From Podarcis melisellensis (Eukaryota): DNA of 64,000 bases. The DNA lies in assembly GCA_964234715.1 (NCBI GenBank), contig OZ174290.1; one strand, written 5' to 3'. Shown here piece by piece: positions 47,188 through 60,812 of the stretch. Each line of letters opens with the position of its first letter. Position 1 is the stretch's first letter. The notes beneath the pieces were generated by a model, which worked only from the letters and a program-made list of their open reading frames with translations, was not told the DNA's origin and did no database searches. The translations under genes and the position numbers were made by a program.

Positions 47188-48718
47188 TATTGTGATTGTA
47201 AGTTTGGATTGAACTGCATCAACTGTTTTGATGAATATGGTTGTTGTTGTTTCGCCTTGTATGCTATTGTCTTTTTGGTACGATTATAGCAATTTTAAGA
47301 ACTGCTACTTTTTAATGCTATTATTTTCATATTGTGAACTGCTTTGTGCTGAATGTTGTTGTTGCAAAACCATTGTAAAAGTATTAAAAGCAAAGCAAAG
47401 CAAGCCTCCAATGAGTTTGGTATGCCTTCTTGCCCCAGAGCTTCCCATACTGCTTGGTTTTGAGGGAGTGTGGTCTGCTTCCTAAGGGCCTGTTAACTCT
47501 GGACAGAATTCCTCTTTAGGGAGCCTCTGCCATACCTCTCACCACAGGCAAAAAAAAACCCAGGCATGCCAAATATGCTCTTCCTTCCAGGAAGGTCTGA
47601 GCAAAGAGATAGGGCTTTTTGGAGGAAGGAGTAACTCATCTGCTGTCAGCATTCCACAGCCACCCTCAAGAGTCCTCTAGCCACAGGCTGCCTCTCAGTA
47701 TTGCTAAAATGAGGGAAAGCCAAGGATGCTTCATGGAAAGTGAAAACTTGAAGCCAAGAACAAAGGGCTCGAGACCAAAGAGGAAAGCACAGAACCCTCC
47801 ACACAAGTGGCAAAAGGGAAGTGGAAAAAACCACTTGCTACAGAAAGGCAAGCGCCCACATGGTGCCAATCAAGTGTTCTGCCACCAACACTTAAGCTGA
47901 AGAAGGGAGCCCGGGATGAGTCACCAAACACCTTTGCATGATAGAATCCCACTTCCCTTCCGAGGGTGGCCGGTTGTAAAGATAGAAAATCCACAGCCGG
48001 GTAGATGAGTTGAAAGGAGCTCAGATGAGCTCAGGCAACAGAACTGTTTTAAAAGCAGTGTTTGCTTGCAGAATGAAGAAGAAGAAGAAATGGAGACCCA
48101 TGAAGATTCACAAGGGGCTATGGAAATCTGCAAATTTGACATGCACCTGTGTTCCAGTATGAAATGGGGAACTATGTCCACACAGCTTCGTTGAAACGGT
48201 TTTTCACAGAGTGAGGACTGCAACTCATGGATGTGCTCTGTTTAAGCCCAGTGTCTCCTACTCTCCTTTCAGTGATATTGGAGCAGTTTCCCCCTTCACC
48301 TTCCCTCAGATGGGGATACTTGTGACCAAACAGTAGTTGTCACAAATCAATGGGTACAGGGTGGGCTTTTTGCAGTTATTTGTGTGCCTCTTTCAAGATG
48401 GCTGGGCTCACTCCTTCGCACAAGGATGTGCTTATCATGCCCTGGAGCCATCTGGGCAAACCTCCTTGGGCAAGCTTTAATCATCCAAGAGGGGCAAGGG
48501 CTGAGGGAACATACGGCTGGCTGCATAATTACAAGCACCTTGTCCATGTGACCAGGCTGCATCAGCCACCTCACCGGAGACTTCAGTGAATGTGGACATG
48601 GTGTCAAGAGTGCTATGGAGCCAAGTGACCTTAACCCTCTGTGCACACACAAATATATTTTTTTATTTCCACCCATTCCCCACCCTTCCAAAATGCAGAA
48701 CACGAAGCACCAACTCAC

Positions 48719-48805
48719 TGGATCAAAGACCAACATCCTACAAAGGAGATGAACAGCTTCATGTGTAGCTTGGCTGGATAATGTATACAGGACAGGAAGG
48801 GATGG
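48719..48805 (-). CDS. NLK: NLK coding exon
   Basis: 87 nt, CAG/GTGAGT; PSLPVLYTLSSQATHEAVHLLCRMLVFDP. Confidence 0.96.
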
Positions 48806-50674
48806 CTGTGAAAAGAAAGAGAAAATGGGCTGAGCCTCATCTGATACATGCAATTCACCCTTAACATAAAAACCCAATGCAATTGTGCTACTTGTGTGAA
48901 GCCCAAATCTAAGCACAGGGGCACAGAAATGGGACAATGTGCTAAGCTCCTGTCCCCAGTCACCCTCCAAAATGTGGGAGAAGTGAGGTCTGCAGCAGAA
49001 AACCTCCATGAAGCGTTCTGAAGCAACTCAGATCCCCAATCATGCAGATTGTAACTCATGTGGGAAACTTTGTTTGGGTAGTAGGGGTTCCCTGCTCACA
49101 CCTTGCCATTTCACAAGTGAGGGCAAGGCGGGAGGAGAAATTAGCATGCCAATTTTGTCTCTCTGTGCTCACAGTAAAGTTTCACATATGAACAGAAAAC
49201 CTACAGACACCTAGAGCAGGGGTGGCTAACTTGCAGCCACCCAGATATACTACAACTCCCATCATCCATGGATATGCTGTCTGGGGCTGATGGGAGCTAG
49301 ACTCCAGCAACATCTGGAGGGCCACAGTTTCCACATCCCTCTGCTAGAATCCACACAGGTATATAAGAAGAGCTCCGCGGGATAAAAGCAAGTGTCTCAT
49401 TTCAAAAACTCATCAGGCCAATCCCACCTTCATTTTCTCATAGCAATATGCATTTGCTTTTTCACAGAGCTGCTAGAAGACTCGATTTTAGCTTTCTTAA
49501 ATGAAGGCAGGCAGGGGAAGAAATACAGGAGACAACCCTGCTAAAACTGAAAAAAGAAAAGGGAAAGAGCTCAGAAAAGCTCATCTTGTATCTTTTAAAG
49601 TTATTGTTAAATAGGCCTATTATCTGGAGCAGAATGTGGGTTCAAAACCCCTCAGTATTTTGTTTCATTCGATGAAGCAAGTTTCTAGGTTTTCTAGGTT
49701 ATGGAAATGTGTACACAAAAGGAGATAAAGAGGACAGCATTTCTAAGATTTAATCACTGCAGTTCTCTTAGAATTGTGAGGGTAAACTGGAATTAACACA
49801 AAAGTGGGAAATTGAGGTTGGCTGTTGAACAAAACTGAAATTGTTATAACAAAAATGACCTTATTTCTATAATGAGTTAGATGGACTGGAGAAGCCAGTC
49901 AGGTGTTTTTGTTTGTTTTTTGTTTTTGTTTGTTTGAGTGGCAACCCTGTTAGCTGGAAATCCAAGGTCAGTTGATTCCTGCATTCCAGAAATCTGTCAG
50001 GTCTGGAGCATCTCCTCCTCCCATTTTTATTCAGTAAGGATTCCTGAAGCTTAGAATCCATGTAAGTATTCATATATATCCTCATTCTGAAGGTCATTGA
50101 TATTGTCCAGTAATGCTGTACATAATTGGTAAATTCTATATATTTAAAGGTATGTAAACTCATCAACTTGCTGAGTGAACTATTTACAGTCTCTTTCTCC
50201 CCCACCCTCAGACACGCATCTTCAGTGGGAAGATAACCTGAACCAAACCTACAGGAGTGTTAAAAGGTCATTGAAATAATGTTCTAAGGGCTTCACACAA
50301 GTTATCTATCTACTACCTATCCACCTACCTACCTGCTAAGTATTATTATTGTTCATTTGGAGGACATCCCTCCTTCCAATCACAATACTACTCTTCATTG
50401 TCAGCATAGTCTCTCCATGCACGCACATGCGCACGCAAGCGTACACACACATAGCATCCAATGAACACAGGCATTCTTACTTAGAATCTCCCTAAGAAAC
50501 GTAAGAACAAGGATTATGCTATGTAGTATTTTAAGACCACAAAACCCAGGTTTTCATTTATTTTAATTTTAAGCTTACTATCTTAGCCACTCATAAGTTT
50601 CCTCAGAATGGATTTTGGTTACTTCCCCCCCTTTTTACATACCCATGCTTGAGCTCAGGAAATGAAGTACTGTA

Positions 50675-50900
50675 CAGTGGTGCCTTGGCTCTCGAACTTA
50701 ATCCGTTCTTGGAGTCCGTTTGACTCCTGAAACCGTTCGAAAACCAAGGCATGGCTTCCGATTGGCTGCAAGAGCTTCCTGCACTGAAGCGGAAGCTGCG
50801 TCGGACATTAGGCTTCCGAAAAACGTTCACAAACTGGAACAGTTACTTCCGGGTTTGCGGCGTTCAGGAGCCAAGCCATTCGAGAGCGAAGGTACCACTG
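50675..50900. mobile_element. Tigger/pogo-like MITE
   Basis: TIRs CAGTGGTGCCTTGGCTCTCGAA / TTCGAGAGCGAAGGTACCACTG, TA TSD. A one-ended relative lies at ~57430-57590. Confidence 0.82.
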
Positions 50901-53900
50901 TACCTCTCCAAAGCTACTGTTGCTATTCACAGAACCATGTTTTGGGTGAAAACACACATTATGGGTCAAGTTACTTTTTCTTCTTTCTTAATGTATATTA
51001 AATTCCGTTCACAGAACAAGCAAGTAATGCTGCCCTCTTTTTGTATAAAGACACTAGTATTTATTACATTGACAAACTGATTTTCAGCCAAGATGGACAC
51101 ACACCAATGCATTAGTTAAAGCCCATCACAATTTAAGGTACAACCTAAGCCCATGGTTTGAGGGAGAGGTATATGAGGGGAGGAAGGCAGTGGCTGGCTT
51201 ACCAGACAACCATTAATTGTGGTCACCAACACACACACCCCAACATCCTCTGGCAGACAATGGGCTTGGGAGAGAGGCATTGTGTGATATCACAAGTGTA
51301 AAAGGAACAGCAGGCACCTCTTTTCCAGGCAGTGTAAAGACTCCTGCTACTTACTACCTTCTCTTCAAGTTTGCCAATATTTTTGGGAACAAGGATCTGC
51401 AGAAAGCCACACAACCTGTTTGCTGGGGGGCCAGAGCCACTTGCTCCTAGCAAAAATATTCGTGGAGACTTGTGTGCATATGGCGGAAAGAGAATGTAGC
51501 CCCCAGGGCAGACTTTGCAGCTCCTTGTTCTAGCTTCATGTTTGGTTCTTGCATTTTGCTCTGCTCTTGCCAGAGCCACTTGGCTACTTTATTCCTTCTA
51601 CTGAACCTTCAAACCCTCACACACACACACAAGTCATTATTTCAATGACCTCCCTAGAAACAGAAGACTCTTCCGCACAATGAAAGATGTTTCACTAAAT
51701 ACTGCCAGCATCTCTTAGGGCCATATGAACTACAGGAGACCAGGGACTACCCGTTGGAGATTATGGTGCGGAAGCATTTTGGACATTGGCCCTCTGTTCT
51801 CACCCTTACTTTCCAGTGGCTCAACCTAACAGTATCCACTGTCCGACAAAAAGACTAGTAGAAGCTATGCTCTTCTGAGTCACTATGCATTGGATCAAGG
51901 ATGCTGAGAGATTTCAGCCTGAGGGTGCCTGATCTTAAAATTAGAATGAGAGCACAAGGGGGGGGGTGTAGGGGAAACAGCTCCAAAATTAAAAGTAATT
52001 TTCACAGACAAAAATAGCCCTGACCTCTTTATGCAAATCCAAAAGCCTTGCCATTTTCTTTTTTTAAAAAGAACATTGCCTAAAATTCTGGGCTTTGAAG
52101 CTGTTTGTTCTCCAGCACTTCCTACACTATCATTTCTTAGCATGGTGCTTTTTCTTTTTTAAAAGAAATCATCTGCTTTCCTATGCAAATATAAAAAGCA
52201 AAGTTTATTACAAGAGGTCTAGAGTGTGCAGGTGCTGGGGAAAAACCATTAGGAGCAAAGAAAGGCAGGGGGGAGGAGATTATATAAGAGTTTTCCTATT
52301 AATGGAAGATGATTAATTGTTATTGGTATGTGGGAGGAATATGTTGTATGCCAACCAAGGACTAAAACATACTCTGCCTGAAATATGATGAAGCAATCAA
52401 GCCTTTGCCTTATCTATTTATGGGAGAACATTAATAGAAAAGGTTAGGTGCTACAATAGCTTTTCAGAAGCTGGCAAACTGTATTAAATGTTTCATGAAA
52501 GCTGTAGGGGAAGCTCCTTGGGCAAGACATCTTACACCTGCCACAGTTTATCCCCACCCCAAGCCAAAAAAGCCAAGTGAGAATGAATGTTCTGCAGGGA
52601 TGCAGAGGATGGCTATTGATTTATATCACATATTCAAACTGCTATAAAATCAAGCATGTCTTATATGAAGCTGCATTGTGTAAGTAACAGGGAAAGGGTA
52701 CAGCTCATTGGTACAGAATCTGCTTTGCATGTTGAAAGTCCCAGGTTTAATCCCTGGCATCTCACCTTAAAGTTGGGTGGGGACCCTGCCTAAAACTCTG
52801 ACCGAGAGGGACGTACGGTTCTGACTAAGTACAAGGCAACTTCCTATGTTCCTATGTCAAGCCACTAGTCCACTTAGTCTGGTACTGCCTCCTCCGACAG
52901 ACAGGGCCTTTTGCCCAGTTGTCCTTTCAGGGAATTATTTAACAAGTGTGTGCAAAAAATGGGATTTACCACTCAGCTAGCAGGCCTCATATCTCAGGAA
53001 CAGCAAAATTGACCTTCTGCTCCCATTCATTGCCTCTCCATTGTATTTACACACACAATGATTGATCCGTTCTATTATGGTTGCCTAAGGAAACAAAGTC
53101 TTTATCTACAGAGAGGTTTCCTTCCCTATTTTTCCTCAAAAGCTCTAATAAACTTATAATTCCTTAGCTGTATTATTTATGACCCTGCATGCACAAAATC
53201 ATAGCTCTCTATACCCAATTCTATCAGAATTTCAGTGAATTCTGTTTTTCCCCTCTTTTTTAAAGGACACAGAGCTTGTTTGTGAGCTGGGAATGTTCCA
53301 TTTGAGCTTCACATTTATCAGAATTACTTGTGCAAGTTAACATCCTCTGCTGAAGCGATACATTTTCTTGAATGAGGCAGCTGCTCCTCTACAGATTTAC
53401 AAGTCACTTTATAGTCTCCAAGCATTATATTTAATTTCCTTATATCTTCTGCGGATATGCCCAAGACACAGATGGTGAAAGAAATTGAGGTTAAGTGGCT
53501 TGTTTAAGTAATTGGATTGTATTCATTCTAATTTAGCCTAAGTGTTATTGTTCATATGCTACCATCAATGCACACAAACTCAGAACTTTCTCGTGGTTTG
53601 CTATGCATGGTTCACTAGAACCACACGCTGCCAGCTACACCTATACCCCAGGTCAAGCAGACCTGCCTGCTTTCTCCAATAGAAACCTATTGTAACAGGC
53701 AACTATGTCTTGAATCCAGGAATAAAGAGTTACACATAAGTTCTCGTGCCATATATTTAGGTAATTCACTTTGTGACTGCTGCCTGGAACCATTTCCTGC
53801 TCCTCAAGTGTCCTTGGTTTAAAAGGTACCATGCATTCAGAAAAAAACTAAATACTGCAGAAACACAGAAATGAAAGAACCTGTGAGGTCACCTAGTTCT

Positions 53901-54816
53901 CCAGGTCAGAAACTACTTTTACTGGCCAAGAGATGGGCTGTGAAGCACAAAGCCTCATGTGATGCGAGATACACAAGGTATGGTTGGAAGGCATATGCTT
54001 CAGCAAAACTACTGTACAGCTCTAAAAAGGTCTGGTCAGTGGTTGGGCTGGGAAACCACACAGAAGCGCTGGGGGAAACACTCTGAAGATAAGGCAGAAT
54101 GTAACTTAACTGAACTACAACCAAACTCTGTTTTAGGATACTTTCTAATTTCATAATCTTTATTAAAAATATGCTGAATATTGACAGAGAATGGAAATAC
54201 CATGAGCTAAGAGAATGAATGGTATACCAAAATACAGGAATCAGCAATTCTGAATAAAATGTTTGTACATTTTTTTGGTGAAATAGGGTAGGTATAAAGT
54301 CAATGCACTGAACAGGAACTCGATGACTCAAAGTACTCTGAAATAATAAATATGGTTAAACATGAAGAAACCTGCTCCATTTATTATAATGAAACTACCA
54401 CAAAGTACACTAAAATTGTAATGGCTTGGATTAAAAATACTCAACTTGTTATCTTGACCTAGAGTTTTGTATCTTAAATTGCCTAGAAGGATAAAATGTT
54501 TCTGAAGAATGTATGTTTGATAAATAATTTATATGATTAATATGTCTGAACTTCAATGTTCCACTTTTATAAAATGTATTGCCTTTTGTCCAATTTCACT
54601 AAATATATTAGTGATACAGCATAGTGTTTCATTGAAAAATGATTCCAAAAAGAGGATTCCTGGCTGGCCTTCAGTTATTTATCATTCAATCTTGTGCACA
54701 CTTATTGCCATGAGTATTAAAATTTTACATTAGAATATGCCCAGATTAGCACCTCCATAATGTGATTGCAGAATGGGGCTTGTTGGGAAATTCAGGGTCA
54801 TAGTTTTTCATCCTAC

Positions 54817-54918
54817 CTGTTTATGAGGACCCCTGAGTATGTGTGCCTTGGCGCCTTCACAAGCCGTCCTCATTGCTTCCAGTGACGGTGTTCCTAAGAG
54901 ATCTGTGATCAAATCCAA
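54817..54918 (-). CDS. NLK: NLK coding exon
   Basis: 102 nt, CAG/GTAGG; LDLITDLLGTPSLEAMRTACEGAKAHILRGPHKQ. Confidence 0.96.
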
Positions 54919-55607
54919 CTGTAAAGATGGAAGAAATTGTCCACAGTTTTAATATGGATAGAAGCATATTCTTTTCAAACAATAAGCACATACACACACT
55001 CAAATTCTCAGTATCTCCAGCTAAGGTTGGGAGAAAGTCACTGCCAGTTAGTTTAGACAATACTGAGCTAAATGAACTCAATGGTCTGACTCTGTATAAG
55101 GCAGATTCCTATTTTCCTAAATGAATACACAGCTTTGCACAATCAGCCTCTTGCCTTCTATTCTCCACTTTCTGGTACTATTTGAAACATGTTTATACAT
55201 GTATGGGATTTATATCTTGCCTTAGAACCACAAATAAACCCACAAAGATAAAAGACAGTAAAACCAGCAGATTAAAAGCCAACAAGAGGACATAAATTTC
55301 CATTAAAAGCATGAGAGAACAGGGGAGACTTCACCTGGCTCCTAAAATATGACAAGAGATGGTGCCAGGAAAACACATCCAAGCAGACAGTTCTACAGTT
55401 TGGGCATTGCCACAGAGAAGTTCTCTTTATGCTAGACACCCACCTAGCCTCAGAAGGCTTTGTAACAAAGAAAGGCCCCTTAAGATTATCTTAAGCGGCA
55501 GGCATATTCACCTGGAGATGTATTGCAGCCATCACTGTTTATTTTAGGTGTCCAATGAGCATCCTGGAAATAGTAAGCTTTAGAGGGGGATAAACAATCT
55601 GTTAGGG

Positions 55608-55743
55608 CAGGCATCCCCAAACTCGGCCCTCCAGCTGTTTTGGGACTACAACTCCCATCATCCCTGACCACTGGTCCTGTTAGCTAGGGATGATGGCAGT
55701 TGTAGTCCCAAAACAGCTAGAGGGCTGAGTTTGGGGATGCCTA
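55608..55743. mobile_element. Palindromic hAT MITE
   Basis: Same family as 21855; TIR AGGCATCCCCAAACT, degenerate TSD ..TTAGGG. Confidence 0.82.
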
Positions 55744-55997
55744 ATTTAGGGATTCCTCAGGCCCCTTCAAAGAACTTCCAAGGACTCCATTGCCTGGAAG
55801 GTTAGAAGGATCTGAAACTCTCTGAAAACAATAGGGCTGACATGCCCATAGTCCCACAGGGTTGTGTCCACCTAAGTTCTACTCAGACAAGAGCATTTGA
55901 AATTAATAGACCCAAGTTAGTCATTTCCATTAATTTCAATGGGTCTCTCTGAGTGGAACAAGCATGTGATACAACCCACGAAGACGCAAACCCCAAA

Positions 55998-56196
55998 AAA
56001 ACAAAATAAAAAAATTCCTTCCAGTAGCACCTTAGAGACCAACTAAGTTTGTTATCGGTATGAGCTTTCGTGTGCATGCACACTTCTTCAGAAAGCTCAT
56101 ACCAATAACAAACTTAGTTGGTCTCTAAGGTGCTACTGGAAGGAATTTTTTTATTTTGTTTTAACTATGGCAGACCAACATGGCTACCTACCTGTA
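55998..56196. mobile_element. Penelope-like element terminal remnant: inverted pseudo-LTR pair with hammerhead core
   Basis: 72-bp inverted arms (55998-56069 / 56091-56162, one mismatch). The - strand reads CTGAAGA-A-GTGTGCATGCACAC-GAAA-GCTC-ATACC. Confidence 0.75.
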
Positions 56197-59050
56197 CCCC
56201 CCCCCCCCAAAAAAAACAGAAAGATAAAAGCTGTATAGCGAAAGTGCCAGATGCACCTCTGTGGGGAGGAAACTACAAACATAGGGGCTGCCAAAGAAAA
56301 CCCCCTTTTCTGGGTCACCACCACCCAAACATCTGAGGACAGCAGAACCATCAGGAGGGGTCCCTCTGCTGATCTTAACACTTGACAGCATCTGTAGGGA
56401 AGGAGGCAGTCTTTCAGGTATTTGGGGCCTAAGTTGCTCACCATTTTGTAGATACTAAACCAATGCAAAGAGTAGTAATTTTGCAAAGGTTTTGCAGAAT
56501 GTGATTGTATTTGGTAGTTCTCCTTTATTGCCATTGCCCCAACAACGTATTGCACTGATTCCGGTTTTTGGTGAATGATGAAGATGCATCTCTTCACCCT
56601 GGCCTTTGACCTGTGTTTACAGGACTCACCCTATTCCTGTGACTGCAATTTGTTTTAACTGATTATAATTCTGAATTTTAAATGGCTGCAAACTGCCCTG
56701 GGACTTGTTGGTGAAGGATAAAAATAATAATGAAAATAATAATGGGCATAGCAACCTACCTCACAAAGTGTTCCTGTGAAGGTAACAGACTTCAAAACGT
56801 TTTGCACATTAAGTGTGCTACATCTGAGCTTGATTGGTTAACAGCGATGATGAGTGCAAGTAAAGTCAGGATGCAGCTTGAAAAACTGCTTTAGGTCAGG
56901 TTTGTGTAGCCCAGTCCTGCTACTTTGACTGGCAACAGCTCAGGAACAGGTCTTTCCCAGTCTTGCTACTCAATATCCTTCAACTGAGGATGATGAGGAT
57001 TGAGTCTGGACCTCTTGCATACGGGGTGTGCATCCTACCACTGAGCTATGGCAGCAAACTTTCTACCACAGTGTTACGGATACATGCCCGAATATACCAC
57101 TGGCAGAATGCAAATGGTAGCAACCAAGTCACCATTTTGGGGGTAGGTGTAGCTTCTCAGACTCTGTAGTGGGATTCAGTGCTGGATCTACAAGTTTTGA
57201 TATAGAGGGCAAAGGCCTGCTTGCTGCCCTCCAATCCTGCAGTGGCAGGGAATGAAGTCTTTCACTCCTTCATGTCACATGCAATTTTCTTTCACTCAGC
57301 TGCCGAGGCAGGACAAACTGGACTCTATTATCTGAAGAACTGCACTTCCTTATCCCGTGCGGGTTGTTTGAAGCTATGGGTATACTTTGTAGATATTGTA
57401 GACTTCACATGAATGAAATCCAGTTATACACCTTGCGAGTCAAACGTTTTGGCTCCCGAATGCCGCAAACCTGGAAGTGAGTGTTCCGGTTTGTGAACAT
57501 ACTTTGGAACCTGAACATTGGATGCAACTTCTGCGGCTTCCAATTGGAAGCTTCCAGAGCAGATTCCGTTCGACTTCCGAGGTACCACTGTATTGCTAAA
57601 CCTCAAACTCCATTTAGCCACAGCATGGTCTTCTTCACGCGAATCTGGCACAAACTATTTCTTGATAACACTGTGTTTACTTTGTTACATACGATCCCCA
57701 GCAAATTGTCGCAAAATCCCTCCAACTCTGGAGATGACAGATTACAGTGGAAACTAGCATCCTTAATATAGTAACCACTGGAAGACTCTGACACTGTCAG
57801 TATATTAACCAAGCATTTTGATATTCTATGAAAAACTTCAGAATAGCATTTCACTTTTTCTAAACCAACTTTTTTATTTTTATTTTTTTAAAAGCACTTC
57901 TAGTTTGCAAATTATCAGCCACCCACACCTGTCCTCGCAACTCCTGGACAAGATGGGCGGCCTTGGGCAAGCTTCTCTCTCAACCTCCGTTCCCCATCTG
58001 TCATATAGGAAGGATGACAATCTACCTCAGAAGGTTGCTGTGAGCATGAATCAGATCAGCAAAGCTGCAAACTTGTTATCTGCAGGCAGGAGCTAAAGGA
58101 CCCAGGAAAAATAAGAACCAAGGCTGTCGGCTCAGTGTTCTACATGGGCAGAAGAACCATTGCACAAACGTTCAGGAACCCCTGTTTATTTAAAACATTT
58201 ATATTCTGCCTTTCCACCAGTTTAAGTCCCTCTAATAATTAAACAGAATTCCTTACTATAATAAAAATGCAAAGCCAAAGAGGCAGCCACCATTAAAACT
58301 ATGTATACATTTAAAAAAACATCTTATCACAATTAAATGCTGCCAAGCGCTTAACCCAACAAAGACGTTTTTAGTTAGGAACATGGGAAGTTGCCTTTTA
58401 TGTACAGAGTTAGACCAACACTCCATATAGCTCAGTATTGTTTACACTGATTGGCAGTGGCTCTCCAGGACTTCAGGCAGGGGTCTCTCCCCAGTCTTAG
58501 CTGGAGATGCTCACTGGGGATTGAACCTGGGACATTCTGAAAGCAAAGAATGCCATCTACTGCTGAACAATGGTCCCTGGCACAGAAAAAAGGAAGAAAC
58601 CTGAGAAATATACCTGGGGAGGAAATTTTTCAAGTCTTGGTGTGACCACACAAAAGGACCATCACTGGAAGCCACCCCCCTCACCTCTGAAGGTGGAGAA
58701 ACTTGGAGCAGGGGAAGCTCACATGGGAGGAGGTGATACCTTCAGTTCTGCTAGTTTGATATTTTGAACTGTGAAGTTTAAAACTAGTACCTGAATTGCA
58801 TCAGGAAGCCATCCAATGTAAAGTCCAGAGAGAAAGATAGGACACTCTCCCTTATTTTGGACAGGCTAAGCTGATTCAAAGCATACTTAAGACACTACAA
58901 CTTCATTTATCCAACTGTCCACCCCAATGGAGATTTCAGGATGTTAAGAATGACCAGAATTTGACACACACTGAATTCCATCCACTAGAAGAGTCAGAGA
59001 GCCGGGCATCACTTGCTAATCGACAGGGTTAGACTGAAATGCCTTCATAC

Positions 59051-59260
59051 CTGCTGAATGGGACTTTGCGCTTGAAACAATATTCTCCGTCCTAGCAATT
59101 CTGCAAATATACAGCCTACGGACCAGATGTCAATAGCATTGCTGTAGTGACGGCTGCCCATCAGGATTTCCGGAGCTCGATAATACTGAGTGACAACTTC
59201 CTGAGTCATGTGACGAGATTCATCTAATTCTTCCACCCTGGCCAAGCCAAAATCACAGAT
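59051..59260 (-). CDS. NLK: NLK coding exon (DFG, TQE activation loop, APE)
   Basis: 210 nt; ICDFGLARVEELDESRHMTQEVVTQYYRAPEILMGSRHYSNAIDIWSVGCIFAELLGRRILFQAQSPIQQ. TQE in place of TxY is diagnostic of NLK. Confidence 0.98.
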
Positions 59261-60536
59261 CTGAAAAATGAATGAAAGAAAGAGGTGAATATAAATACTT
59301 GGTATATTTATACAGATTTAAGAATGGTGGCTGATATGTGATATCTGAATCTGCCTTCTTCCAAATAGTCCACATAAAACCTGGTTTGGGCCACACACAT
59401 ATGAAAACCAGGCATATGTACCTATGGGATACACATTTGTTTAGCTAAATTTTTAACAGTTCAGGATTACCAGGATCTGAAATATTTCAGCAAATGCCTG
59501 AAACTTCAGCTAGTGGCAAGTTTTCAAATTTCACAGTTGCGTTCATGCTAAATCTAGCTCTCCCAATATAGGGATGAAATGTTCACTAACTGTTAAGTCT
59601 TCTTTGTGTTCAGACTTCTCAGGTTTCTTGTGTTTTTGAGATTTTTGTGTGTGCAATTAAGAGTTTGTCCTACCAAAGTATTAGCTGTGTTCATGTTTCT
59701 ATATACAATCCCCTTCCCCACCAACTTCTACAAAGACTGTTTGGGAGCAGGATTCTACCCTAGCCTTTACTTTGACAGAGTTTTTCCTGCATATTATTTT
59801 TTTTATTTTTGTATGGAAGAGCATTCAGTCCTGGAAGCCCCCATCTGCACAATAAATTGCTACAACCAAGATACAGGTATTTTGCCCCATAAGAATGAGG
59901 ATGAGGAAACCCATAAGTGAGACCTTTGTGCACATAATGGATCTTAGAAGCAGAAGGGTGTGCACATCAAGTCAAATCACTGTATGATTGATAAATATCG
60001 GGATCAATTTAGCTTTTATGCTACATCAGATGGAAGGACCAGGCTCCTGCTGGATTCCTGGGCTGCATTCCTACACCCACTCACTTAGGAGAAACAGGAT
60101 GAGAAGATGTGCACAAGACTGTGTTGTTAATCTGCAGAGAAATGCTCCTGGCTTCTGAGCAGGAGGTGGGGAGAAATTATAGTCCTCCCTCTCCTTCAAG
60201 CCAAGTCAAAGCAAGGCATTGCTATTTCCCAATATTGTACAAATGTGAGAGTGGATTACAAAAACTCTTGTGTTCAATGCCACATTCATAATGGTAACAA
60301 TGTACCGGAATGAAAGGAAACAAACTTTTCAAATGAAGAGGCACCTACTTGAAGAGAATCAACTCATACTTATCATTAGGGCTTTTTCCTAGGAAGTTCA
60401 GGGTTCCTGGGTTTTGTTTTAAGCATCTCAGAGCTACAGACAACAAGCGGATTATAGAAGCGACCCTCTATTTCTATTTTTGAAAGAAATAGCAAAACCT
60501 TTTTGGACCTGGGCATGGCATGTGCAGTATTTTTTA

Positions 60537-60812
<276 letters not shown>

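Noticed and set aside
48347-49009. 220-aa ORF
   Set aside because: Only the 29-codon NLK exon inside it is coding; the rest is open intronic frame.
53870-54331. 141-aa ORF, possible old L1 remnant
   Set aside because: Similarity too weak to call by eye; no clear motifs.
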